Shown one piece after another: positions 17,799 through 25,714 of a stretch of 57,276 nt of DNA. Every line of letters starts with the position of its first letter. Position 1 is the first letter of the stretch. The position numbers and the translations under genes were made by a program. The notes beneath the pieces were generated by a model that did not search any database, was not told the DNA's origin, and saw only the letters and a program-made list of their open reading frames with translations. The stretch is from a virus. Lineage: Duplodnaviria; Caudoviricetes. The stretch lies in the IMG/VR virus record IMGVR_UViG_3300025890_000031, positions 1 to 57,276 of that record; one strand, given 5' to 3'.

Positions 17799-17820
17799 TT
17801 GAGTACGTATTTCATACAAT

Positions 17821-17869
17821 GGGATAGCAATTTTATTAATTTAAAATTTGCTATCCCCACTTTTTTTTT
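17821..17869 (+). terminator. Intrinsic terminator of the early operon
   Basis: GGGATAGCAA/TTGCTATCCC stem followed by T9. Confidence 0.8.
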
Positions 17870-18081
17870 GCTCTCTTTTTCACTTTCTTCTATCGCTGCT
17901 ATTTTTTATTATTGCTTTTTTTTTGCTCTCTTTTAGAAGCAAAATGGCTGGGGGTTCAGGTAAAAAAAAAGTACTCGTCACCATCATGGGCATCTGGATT
18001 GTTATAAAATGCACTCATATTTTTGGTGATTTCGTCAGGAGCATCTGCACTCTTTTAAATATTCTTCTTCCTTCGCTGCAC

Positions 18082-18114
18082 AGTACTCTAAAACTTATTG
18101 CGAACCCTTGCAAA
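18082..18114 (+). repeat. Boundary element copy 2: AGTACTC-N5-CTTATTGC-N6-TTGCAAA
   Basis: Matches 10755-10787, 7327 bp away. Confidence 0.65.
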
Positions 18115-18271
18115 AATAATTTGTACTCAAAAATGAGAAAAAAAAAGTTTTGTCCTCTTTTTCTACGGATATGTCTTCTAGGGACTTTTCAAAATGCACT
18201 CGGAAATTCAAAAACTTTACAATTCAGGTTGAAGGTGATTTATGTTTTACGAAAGTAGAGTGCTAAATTTA

Positions 18272-19657
18272 TTAAACAGACCAGGGACTTTTCTGTCTTA
18301 CAAAATCAATTAATGGTGCGATTGCTTCAAACTTATATCCACGTTCAGCCCAAGCTAAAGCCATAGCTACCATACTGTCAGGTGTATGACCATTTCCATA
18401 TATATCATCAAAACCTGCGTATTTGTGGTCTTGATACATACTTTCTACCATAGGACTTTGAATTAACCCACGCTCACAAGCAGATATATATTCAGAAAAT
18501 AAATTCTTTTTATTACTACCAGTAATTACATAAGGTATTGAATCTATTTCTATGTAATCTTCTACAACATTACCTATACCAGTAGCGTCATGTACTAGCT
18601 TACCAGGGTATTTCGCCACTCTATCCTGTGCTTTTTTAACCATATCTCCCCATGCTTCTCTGTGTGTTCTTTCAAAAGCAACTACACGCCATGGTTCTAC
18701 GTCAGTTCTAAGGGTTGCTATTACTGTGTAATCTCGTTGCTTAGCCCAGTCAATGCCAGTAATGTATACCCCCTCCCCATTGTATTTTTCAAATAAATAT
18801 TCTTTACCTACTTCTCCAGATACTTTTGGATGAGTGCTTAATGAAAACATTTCATCGACTTTAGCTGCGTCTATAGCTCTACCTTCAAAAGAAGGTTCTT
18901 GCATATCAAATTCTATATCCCACATAGCTTGTGAAACTTCACTTCTTTTTCTTTCTACTTCTGAAACTGGTAGCCAGCCATGTGGTTGTACTGTTTCTCT
19001 CCAACACCATTCATAAACAGGATATCCTTTTTCTTTAGCTCTTTTAAGCATTTCTGTCATAGTTTTATCTGGATACTGGTGTGTAGAAGAAGCTACAGTT
19101 TGTGTTTGAATGCCATTTTTAGACATAGGTTGCCCCTGTGCTGCCTCTAAAATCTCTAATTCCATTTCGTCTATCTCATCAAGCCTTAGTCTTTGTGGAT
19201 GTTGACCACGAACAGACCTTTGTGAAGCCGTTAAAGCTCTAATCCAAGCTCCTGTAGTTAAGTTTGTTGAATATTTATTAGGTTGGTCGACTAAAAGACC
19301 TGTAGGTGCGTTCTTATGTGCCCATGCTTCTAAAGATATTTCATAAACACGAAGTGATTGTGCTGCTGAACCACCTAAAACTGTTACTTGTGCCCCTAGT
19401 GTTACTGCTTCAGTTAAAGCTAGTAGCCCTAATGTATTAGTTTTTCCTCCCATACCACGACTAGCCTTCCAAATAGAAAAAGGTGACCTTGCAAAATAAG
19501 CATCAGCAAAAGCATCAAATGGAGATTGGTGGTGTGGACAAATAGGTGTTCTAGGTATTGATATTCCCCATAATAAACGAACTACTTCCCATAATTCATC
19601 ATTATCTTGTGGTGGTCTACCTAATATTAATTGTTTTTTTGCTTCGGTTTTTTCCAT
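18272..19657 (-). CDS. terL: Terminase large subunit
   Basis: Walker A SRGMGGKT, Walker B LRLDEID, nuclease GIDWA...D, DATGIG, PDSMVA. Confidence 0.9.
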   Translation of the reverse strand: MEKTEAKKQLILGRPPQDNDELWEVVRLLWGISIPRTPICPHHQSPFDAFADAYFARSPFSIWKASRGMGGKTNTLGLLALTEAVTLGAQVTVLGGSAAQSLRVYEISLEAWAHKNAPTGLLVDQPNKYSTNLTTGAWIRALTASQRSVRGQHPQRLRLDEIDEMELEILEAAQGQPMSKNGIQTQTVASSTHQYPDKTMTEMLKRAKEKGYPVYEWCWRETVQPHGWLPVSEVERKRSEVSQAMWDIEFDMQEPSFEGRAIDAAKVDEMFSLSTHPKVSGEVGKEYLFEKYNGEGVYITGIDWAKQRDYTVIATLRTDVEPWRVVAFERTHREAWGDMVKKAQDRVAKYPGKLVHDATGIGNVVEDYIEIDSIPYVITGSNKKNLFSEYISACERGLIQSPMVESMYQDHKYAGFDDIYGNGHTPDSMVAMALAWAERGYKFEAIAPLIDFVRQKSPWSV

Positions 19658-19673
19658 ATTATGGTTATGATTA

Positions 19674-19740
19674 TACCATAGGTAACTTCATTAGTGTAGT
19701 GGAGGTACACAGGAAACACATGAAGTTACCTTGAATGGTA
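19674..19740. promoter_or_regulatory. Intergenic branched stem-loop between divergent terL and JAB genes
   Basis: Perfect 12-bp AGGTAACTTCAT/ATGAAGTTACCT, outer TACCAT/ATGGTA, inner GTGTA/TACAC. Confidence 0.6.
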
Positions 19741-19768
19741 CTATTATTGTAGCAAATAAAAAAAGGAG

Positions 19769-20185
19769 ATGCTACTTATGTCAGAGATTACACATAGCAA
19801 CTATGTTCCAGAAAATTTGGAAGAGTTTATTTTAATTGAATTTGAGTTATTTGATACTATACCTTATAACACACAAAAACCTGATGAAGAACAGGTATTT
19901 TTTTGTTTAGGTCATTACACAGATTCTGATTATGTTGTTATTAAAAAAATAGTAGCAGTAGACAACATAGCTAAAGATAAGGCTAATACTTTTCAAGTAA
20001 GTAAAGAAGATTACGATAAATGGAGTAGCTTACTAATAGGAATAGTACATACACACCCTACAAACAATAGTATTTTTCCTTCAGATGAAGATGTAAAACA
20101 TATACCCAAAGATATCTTTGGTGGTATATATCAGCCAATAACCGACCATATTACATGGTGGAATGGCTATAAGTTAAATTTGTAA
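19769..20185 (+). CDS. JAB/MPN (Mov34) metalloprotease
   Basis: E...HTHP-x6-SDED JAMM motif. Confidence 0.8.
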   Translation: MLLMSEITHSNYVPENLEEFILIEFELFDTIPYNTQKPDEEQVFFCLGHYTDSDYVVIKKIVAVDNIAKDKANTFQVSKEDYDKWSSLLIGIVHTHPTNNSIFPSDEDVKHIPKDIFGGIYQPITDHITWWNGYKLNL

Positions 20186-20186
20186 A

Positions 20187-20501
20187 TTAACCTCTAGTTG
20201 TTCGTTTAGGTGTTCCAGTTTTAGGAGTTTTGAAACTTCTAGCAGCACCAGCTACAGCTTGGTTACCACTTCTAGCATTAACTTTATTCGCTCTTAAAAG
20301 GTTTCTAGCTGCTGTATTTTTCTTACGCGGGTTAGCGTTAACAGTTGCTTGTGCCCTTTTAATTTTTGAATAGTTTTTTGCTCTTGCAGAACCAGCTTTG
20401 AAAGGGTTTTTACCACCTTTTCTACCAGCTGCTCTTTGCCTTGCTGAACGAGTTTGACCTGAGCCAGAACCTGCACCTTGAATTATAATTATATTTTCCA
20501 T
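20187..20501 (-). CDS. Very basic small protein (R/K/A/G-rich, almost no acidic residues)
   Basis: Amino-acid composition; own promoter at 20509-20536. Confidence 0.7.
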   Translation of the reverse strand: MENIIIIQGAGSGSGQTRSARQRAAGRKGGKNPFKAGSARAKNYSKIKRAQATVNANPRKKNTAARNLLRANKVNARSGNQAVAGAARSFKTPKTGTPKRTTRG

Positions 20502-20508
20502 ATTAAAA

Positions 20509-20536
20509 ACTATAATTACTGAGAAATTAAGTGCAA
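20509..20536 (-). promoter_or_regulatory. Promoter TTGCAC-N16-TATAGT (leaderless start at 20501)
   Basis: -10 box ends 7 nt before the ATG; same design as 10485-10512. Confidence 0.55.
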
Positions 20537-20537
20537 G

Positions 20538-21968
20538 TTAGCCTTCTATATGCTTTGGAGTTGAACCTGGTTTAAGTGGGTCATACATATCTCCACCTTT
20601 ACCTTCTTTTTTATCATACACAACACCTCTTCTTTTCGCAGCAAAGTTGTCTAAGTATGTTACAGGCATATCAGGTTTTACTCTTTCTTTAACTAAATTT
20701 TGACCTGGGTTTCCACCGTATATTAACAAATGCTCTGGTTGTAAAGCATCTAAAGCTATTTTTGTACAATTAGCTAATACTTGTGTTGATTTTTCTCTTG
20801 TATCACGGTTTGGATTACCTTCTTCAGCGTCTATGTTTTGTAAGCAAATAGCTAAGATTGGTGGATTTTTTGGTATTCCTAACATAGCAATATCCATTGA
20901 TTGTTCATCTGCAAATTGAACACGTGGTATTACCTTCATACCAGTTTCTTGAAACATACGACCTAACCATTGTGCGTTATAGACTGCTTGTAAATGAAAA
21001 GCCTTTGGCTCTGTATAATAAAAAGAGAAGTCTGGTACAACTGCTGTTTTAATTCCAGCAGCTAAGACTTTTTGTATCATGTATCCAGTATGTGTTATAA
21101 AATTAAAAAACTTATCATCATAAGTAAAGAAAGACATAATAGCTCTGTCATACGGCATACCTATTGGTCTTGCTAATCCGTAGTTCCATAGCCAATGTGT
21201 TATACCATCATCAGGTGTAGCATCTCTACCTGCCCAAGTATCTAAGGGTTTTGGTAGTTTTTCTAATAACATATCTCTTCTAAGTTCTGGTATATCCCAT
21301 CTGTTATTTGTTGGTAAGAATAACTTTTCTTCGTCAATCATCATTATGTTATTATCTATTTGTTCGTCTAATTCTTCATTATCATCAAACCCATCCAGGT
21401 CATCTTCATTTTCTGTGCTCAAAATATTATCAGTTGGTAATCCGTCACCAATATCTAGTGTGTCTGGTATAGAAATATCTACACCTTGTGGGTTTGATAA
21501 ACCTTCAACATAAGTATCTAATCCTGCGTTCGTGCTTGTTAAACCTTCAAATGTTTGTGAAAGACTTCTGTCAACAGCATCAACTATTAAGCTAACATCT
21601 TGTTCTGTATAGCCAGTACCAATAGGGTTGCTAACATTTTGCAATAAATTAGCTAATTGACTTGTATCATAAGTTGCTAAATCGTTTGTTCTGTTGTCTG
21701 CTAATACTATTTTTGAAGCTGATTCATCATCTACATCAACAAAAGCTACTGATATAGTTTCCCATCCTAAAGATTTAGCCGCTAACCATGTGTGGTTTCC
21801 TGCTAAAATAGAATTATCTTTTTGGTTAACAACAATAGGTTTATACTGTTTATTTTCGTCTAATGATTCAGCTATAGCTTCTATGCTACCTATTCTGGGA
21901 TTTCCCTTGTATGCTTTTAATGTATCTAGCTTTACATCTTTTATTTCTACAACCCTATTGTTTGACAT
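20538..21968 (-). CDS. ParB/Srx N-terminal domain fused to a DUF4417-like domain
   Basis: NPR...PIVV...ILAGNH...LADNR ParB motif; FFTYDDKF, PDFSFY and GMKVIP DUF4417-like motifs; acidic linker. Confidence 0.75.
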   Translation of the reverse strand: MSNNRVVEIKDVKLDTLKAYKGNPRIGSIEAIAESLDENKQYKPIVVNQKDNSILAGNHTWLAAKSLGWETISVAFVDVDDESASKIVLADNRTNDLATYDTSQLANLLQNVSNPIGTGYTEQDVSLIVDAVDRSLSQTFEGLTSTNAGLDTYVEGLSNPQGVDISIPDTLDIGDGLPTDNILSTENEDDLDGFDDNEELDEQIDNNIMMIDEEKLFLPTNNRWDIPELRRDMLLEKLPKPLDTWAGRDATPDDGITHWLWNYGLARPIGMPYDRAIMSFFTYDDKFFNFITHTGYMIQKVLAAGIKTAVVPDFSFYYTEPKAFHLQAVYNAQWLGRMFQETGMKVIPRVQFADEQSMDIAMLGIPKNPPILAICLQNIDAEEGNPNRDTREKSTQVLANCTKIALDALQPEHLLIYGGNPGQNLVKERVKPDMPVTYLDNFAAKRRGVVYDKKEGKGGDMYDPLKPGSTPKHIEG

Positions 21969-22347
21969 TTTTCTCCTTTGCTTGCAATTCTAATACTTTT
22001 TCATAATTATCTTGTAATAATTTTCTTTCTTGTGGTGTGTAACCACCAAATATACCTTCGTCAGACTTTGTTATTACTGCAAAGTCTAAACATTCCCTTT
22101 GAACTTCACATCCTTTACAAATACTTTTAGCTTCATCTTCTGTGTATAAATATTCTCCATTTACTTTAACTGTTGGGAAGAAAATATTACTATCTCTACC
22201 AACGCAGTTACCATAGTTTTTCCAATCTCCTTCAAGTAATATCTGAATATCATCTATTGTTTTCCAGTTACTTGGCTTTTCTCTTATGAAAGAAGGTTGA
22301 AACTTAGGTATGAGCTTGCCATATTTAAGTTGTTCGTCTTCTTCCAT
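21955..22347 (-). CDS. whiB: WhiB-family transcription factor
   Basis: C...FFP...AKSICKGCEVQREC...GIFGGYTPQER. Confidence 0.92.
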   Translation of the reverse strand: MEEDEQLKYGKLIPKFQPSFIREKPSNWKTIDDIQILLEGDWKNYGNCVGRDSNIFFPTVKVNGEYLYTEDEAKSICKGCEVQRECLDFAVITKSDEGIFGGYTPQERKLLQDNYEKVLELQAKEKNVKQ

Positions 22348-22861
22348 TCACTACTTCCTTATCCCATCCGTAAAGTGCTATGCCTGTTGCATCACACATA
22401 TCTTGATTAGCAAATTCAGTCGTTGGGTACATACTTTTTATATGTGTAGCTATTTCATCTTTCTTAGCATTTCCTTTTCCTATGGCTACTTTTTTCCAGC
22501 TAGAGTTATTAACAAGCTGTGTCGGTATGTTGTATCTTTGTAGTGTATCTATTATCGCACCAGCTACATAAGTCTGACTAACTGTAGACCAAACGCCACC
22601 TTTACCCACTACTGCTCCTTCTACAAAAGCGTAAGTAGAATATTGTAAGTCTGGGTCTAGTTGTGTTACTACTCTATGTACGAATGTTGTAGCTACAGTT
22701 ATATGATTTAAGTCGAATTTATTACCTGGAAATGGTTGATAATAACAATATGGTTTTAAGTTTTCAGGATTAGTGTCGTCTTCTCCGTGAAATAGTGTTA
22801 GTGCTAGTCGTCTTGCGGATGGGTCAATTCCTATAACTTGCCATTTGATACCCTTCGTCAT
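22325..22861 (-). CDS. ruvC: RuvC-like Holliday junction resolvase
   Basis: IGIDP, FVEG, WKKVAIGKGNAKK and DMCDA motifs. Confidence 0.85.
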   Translation of the reverse strand: MTKGIKWQVIGIDPSARRLALTLFHGEDDTNPENLKPYCYYQPFPGNKFDLNHITVATTFVHRVVTQLDPDLQYSTYAFVEGAVVGKGGVWSTVSQTYVAGAIIDTLQRYNIPTQLVNNSSWKKVAIGKGNAKKDEIATHIKSMYPTTEFANQDMCDATGIALYGWDKEVVNGRRRTT

Positions 22862-23198
22862 TCTCTTGCTCCAATCTAGCGACTGTGATTCGCCTAGAGC
22901 CTAAGTCCACTTGCGACTTTAGAATCTCTAAACACGACCGCAGTTCCCCTGTTCTGAACTTATAGTGTTTACTGCCTTTCAGTATAACACCGTTGCTCTC
23001 TAATTGGTGCAATTTCATTTCGATTTCTTTTCCTCTTGCATAATAAGCTGTGGATAATTCCAGAAGTGTATCAACATTATCTGTTGGTAAAGGCGATTTA
23101 GTTCTACCAAACAATACATCAATATATTCTTGTAGTTCTTGCCTAACTTGTTCTAAATTTTTTAGTTCATGACCAACTTGTATAGCTTTAACGCCCAT
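22824..23198 (-). CDS. Hypothetical helical protein
   Basis: Probable start MGVKA at 23198 after GGAG. Confidence 0.65.
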   Translation of the reverse strand: MGVKAIQVGHELKNLEQVRQELQEYIDVLFGRTKSPLPTDNVDTLLELSTAYYARGKEIEMKLHQLESNGVILKGSKHYKFRTGELRSCLEILKSQVDLGSRRITVARLEQENDEGYQMASYRN

Positions 23199-23955
23199 GA
23201 TTATTAAACTCCAAACACCCATTTCTATATGGACACATCTGGTATTCTTTTCCTTGTCTAATTCTACAGTTGTCTTTAACGTCAGGATAAGTTTTAAAAG
23301 CAGCACTATCTTCTAATGATTGCATTTCCATTTTTACTTCAGTTAATAATTTTTCGTCTGGATAAACTAAAAACTCTTTCCAGTCTTGGGTTCTTTTATC
23401 TTCGTATACAACACTAAAGACTGTTATCTCAGGGTCTAAAACAAAGTAAGTGTGTATTTGTTTTAAGTGCATATCTGTTACAGCAGTAGGCATATAGCTA
23501 GTTCCTTTTAATTCAAAACCGTATTTACCATGTTTTGCATTTTTACCCATACCATCAACAGAACCACCAAAGGTAGGGTATTTTTCACTAGATACTTTTG
23601 CCTCTACTTCGGTTAAAGCACCAGAAAGTAAACACATCATTTGCCAACGTATGTGTCGCCATGTACCGTCATTAAATAAATTTTGTAACACTACATCAAT
23701 GGTATCTAGCTTTGTGATATCTCCTGTATACTCAAACACTTGTCTTCTTTCACATAAGCCACGGCTAGAAGCACCAAACCTTCCTGTTCTTTTTGAGTTT
23801 GAATTATCTGAAACAATATCAATTAAAGTTTGTTGTATCTTCTCATCAGTAACAACAATATTTCTTTCGTTTGCTAAAAACTTATCAACTATTGGTGTAA
23901 TAATCTTTTCAGTTTTTTCTAAATTCAAATCGTTCATTAAGCTAGTTAGTGACAT
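23188..23955 (-). CDS. Cas4-like PD-(D/E)xK exonuclease
   Basis: ASS..LC, G..H, GSVDG, ELKG, Q...Y and C-terminal C..C..C cluster; probable start at 23955. Confidence 0.75.
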   Translation of the reverse strand: MSLTSLMNDLNLEKTEKIITPIVDKFLANERNIVVTDEKIQQTLIDIVSDNSNSKRTGRFGASSRGLCERRQVFEYTGDITKLDTIDVVLQNLFNDGTWRHIRWQMMCLLSGALTEVEAKVSSEKYPTFGGSVDGMGKNAKHGKYGFELKGTSYMPTAVTDMHLKQIHTYFVLDPEITVFSVVYEDKRTQDWKEFLVYPDEKLLTEVKMEMQSLEDSAAFKTYPDVKDNCRIRQGKEYQMCPYRNGCLEFNNHGR

Positions 23956-24391
23956 TGTACCAATCCTTTTCTGGTGTCCACCATAAATATGGTTTATCAT
24001 TTGTTTCCGACCAACCAAATTGTTTGTAATGGTCAGCATCTTTTCTTAGTAAATTAGACCTATGCGAACTGTGTAGTTCTTCATTACCTAGCCAATGTGG
24101 CTTAGGTTTAGGTTCTTCAAATAGTATATCAGGATATTTATCTAATACTTTAGTTAAAACAGTATCTTGAAAACCTCTTTGTTTCCATTCGTGGCATATC
24201 ATAGTTGTATATAAAACTAGCCATTGTTCATGACCTTTCCACATTTTAACTATTGGATGGTGTTTCCAACCATTTCCTGTTTCTAATGTATTAAGTATTT
24301 GCATTGATTCAACTCTTTGCTTACCTAATCTTTTATCGTCTAATACTGAAGCACTTTTAAGAAAGTCTTCATACGGTAGAAAGGTCTGCAT
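23942..24391 (-). CDS. Pyrimidine-dimer DNA glycosylase-like protein (MSMEG_6728/endonuclease V family)
   Basis: MQTFLPY, LDDKRLGKQRVE, HPIVKMW, SHRSNLLRKD. Confidence 0.88.
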   Translation of the reverse strand: MQTFLPYEDFLKSASVLDDKRLGKQRVESMQILNTLETGNGWKHHPIVKMWKGHEQWLVLYTTMICHEWKQRGFQDTVLTKVLDKYPDILFEEPKPKPHWLGNEELHSSHRSNLLRKDADHYKQFGWSETNDKPYLWWTPEKDWYNVTN

Positions 24392-24519
24392 TATCACTCC
24401 TTTTTGTAAAACACTCATAACAAGCATTGACTTCAAAATTAATTACTGGGTCATCTTCAGGTTTAAGAAACCACTCCACTTCTGTAAGTATATCATTACA
24501 AAAATAACATTGTTGTAAT

Positions 24520-25200
24520 CTACTCACTTAGCCCTTCTTCCCCAAACACAAATGCTTCTATATAAAGACCTGTAATTTTTTGGAATACAGTTTCCATAGC
24601 TTGTAGATAAACAGGAGTAAGATTTATAAGCGAGTCTTTGAGCTCGTTATCCCACAAACCTTCAGTTAGCAATTTTGCTTTATCTACTTCAGGCTCATTT
24701 TCTTCATTTGTCCAATCAATAGACACCATAAAATCAGTAATATTTTCAAACTGTGGTCTTAGAATATCTTCATAATATCTAGTCATTTTTTCCATAAACC
24801 ATTGTTTATCTTCACCTAGTTTCATTTTGTCACCAAACATAGCTTGTGTGGTTGCTAGATATCTTCCAACAACAATAGAAGAAGATAAAGCTAACCAAAC
24901 AACAAATGCAACATCTGAAGTTAATTGGTTTGTGAAGGTTTTGTATAGATTTCCTTCTTCTTCATCATTTTTACTTTCTATTTCCCCTGCTGTTTTACTA
25001 TATGGTAAAACTTTAGATTTGATTTCCCATAAATTTAAAAAGCTAGGAGATTCGTCTATTAGCTCTGCAACGTTTCTAAGACCTTGCTCTACAAAGTTTA
25101 AAAGAGATTCTAGCTCATCATCATTATCAGCCATAAGTTCAATTTTTTGAATATCTATCTTGAACATAGCAAAGATTTCTTTTCTACTTAATTCTTCCAT
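24520..25200 (-). CDS. Hypothetical acidic protein
   Basis: 226-aa ORF in the operon. Confidence 0.7.
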   Translation of the reverse strand: MEELSRKEIFAMFKIDIQKIELMADNDDELESLLNFVEQGLRNVAELIDESPSFLNLWEIKSKVLPYSKTAGEIESKNDEEEGNLYKTFTNQLTSDVAFVVWLALSSSIVVGRYLATTQAMFGDKMKLGEDKQWFMEKMTRYYEDILRPQFENITDFMVSIDWTNEENEPEVDKAKLLTEGLWDNELKDSLINLTPVYLQAMETVFQKITGLYIEAFVFGEEGLSE

Positions 25201-25294
25201 TGCTAAAACTTTCTACTTATGCTTGATTTTTTACGCATTCCACGGTATTGTGCTTTTTTCTTAGACTTCATTGCTCTTCTTTCTGCTCTATTCA

Positions 25295-25714
25295 TTATAT
25301 TTCCTTTGTTAGCCAAATTTCAGCTAATAATTTATTTCCAAATTTTATATGCCAAACAACTTCTTTGTTTTGTGCTTGTGCATACCTTAATGATTTTAAC
25401 AGCTCATCTGATTTAAGTGTAAAGTTTTTATCAACTTTTTTTACCTCTATTATGGATGCTTCATTTTCTACAACAGCTTTACGCATACCGTCATATTTAA
25501 TACTTCCAGCACCAGACATTGGTGTTGGTTTACCACCGTAGCCTTTAACAGCTTTCTTTTCGTATCTACGACCAGCGTCTTGTGGGGTATCTACTTTCCA
25601 GCTAGGTCTGTTATCTTTTTCTTTAGCTTCGCTATTTCCTTCGGATTCTCCATCAGATGATTTTTGAAATTTTGATATCCAACTACTGCTTTTTCTTCCC
25701 CTGCTATCTTCCAT
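25295..25714 (-). CDS. Hjc-like PD-(D/E)xK resolvase/nuclease
   Basis: E...TPMSGAG..K.D...IEVK motif; start codon uncertain. Confidence 0.7.
   Translation of the reverse strand: MEDSRGRKSSSWISKFQKSSDGESEGNSEAKEKDNRPSWKVDTPQDAGRRYEKKAVKGYGGKPTPMSGAGSIKYDGMRKAVVENEASIIEVKKVDKNFTLKSDELLKSLRYAQAQNKEVVWHIKFGNKLLAEIWLTKEI

Larger units (their letters stand above)
16525..17803 (+). repeat. Long-range complementary pair 3 (16525-16535 / 17793-17803)
   Basis: CTTAACTACTC pairs with GAGTAGTTGAG (11 bp, one G-U). Confidence 0.55.
10643..18263. repeat. Dispersed, quasi-regular array of ~120 GAGNNC/GNNCTC sites
   Basis: Hand count: 80 plus-strand and 9 minus-strand sites in 12221-17806, 23 sites in 10643-12142, 10 sites in 17870-18263. 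Rare in spot checks elsewhere. Confidence 0.85.

Noticed and set aside
12221-17806. CRISPR array or RBS explanation for the regularly spaced GAGG/GAGT motifs
   Set aside because: The repeat is only 6 bp, lies within long ORFs in different frames, and also occurs reversed.
17848-18258. 136-aa plus-strand ORF
   Set aside because: Starts inside the terminator, is low-complexity F/L/K from homopolymer tracts, and has no RBS.
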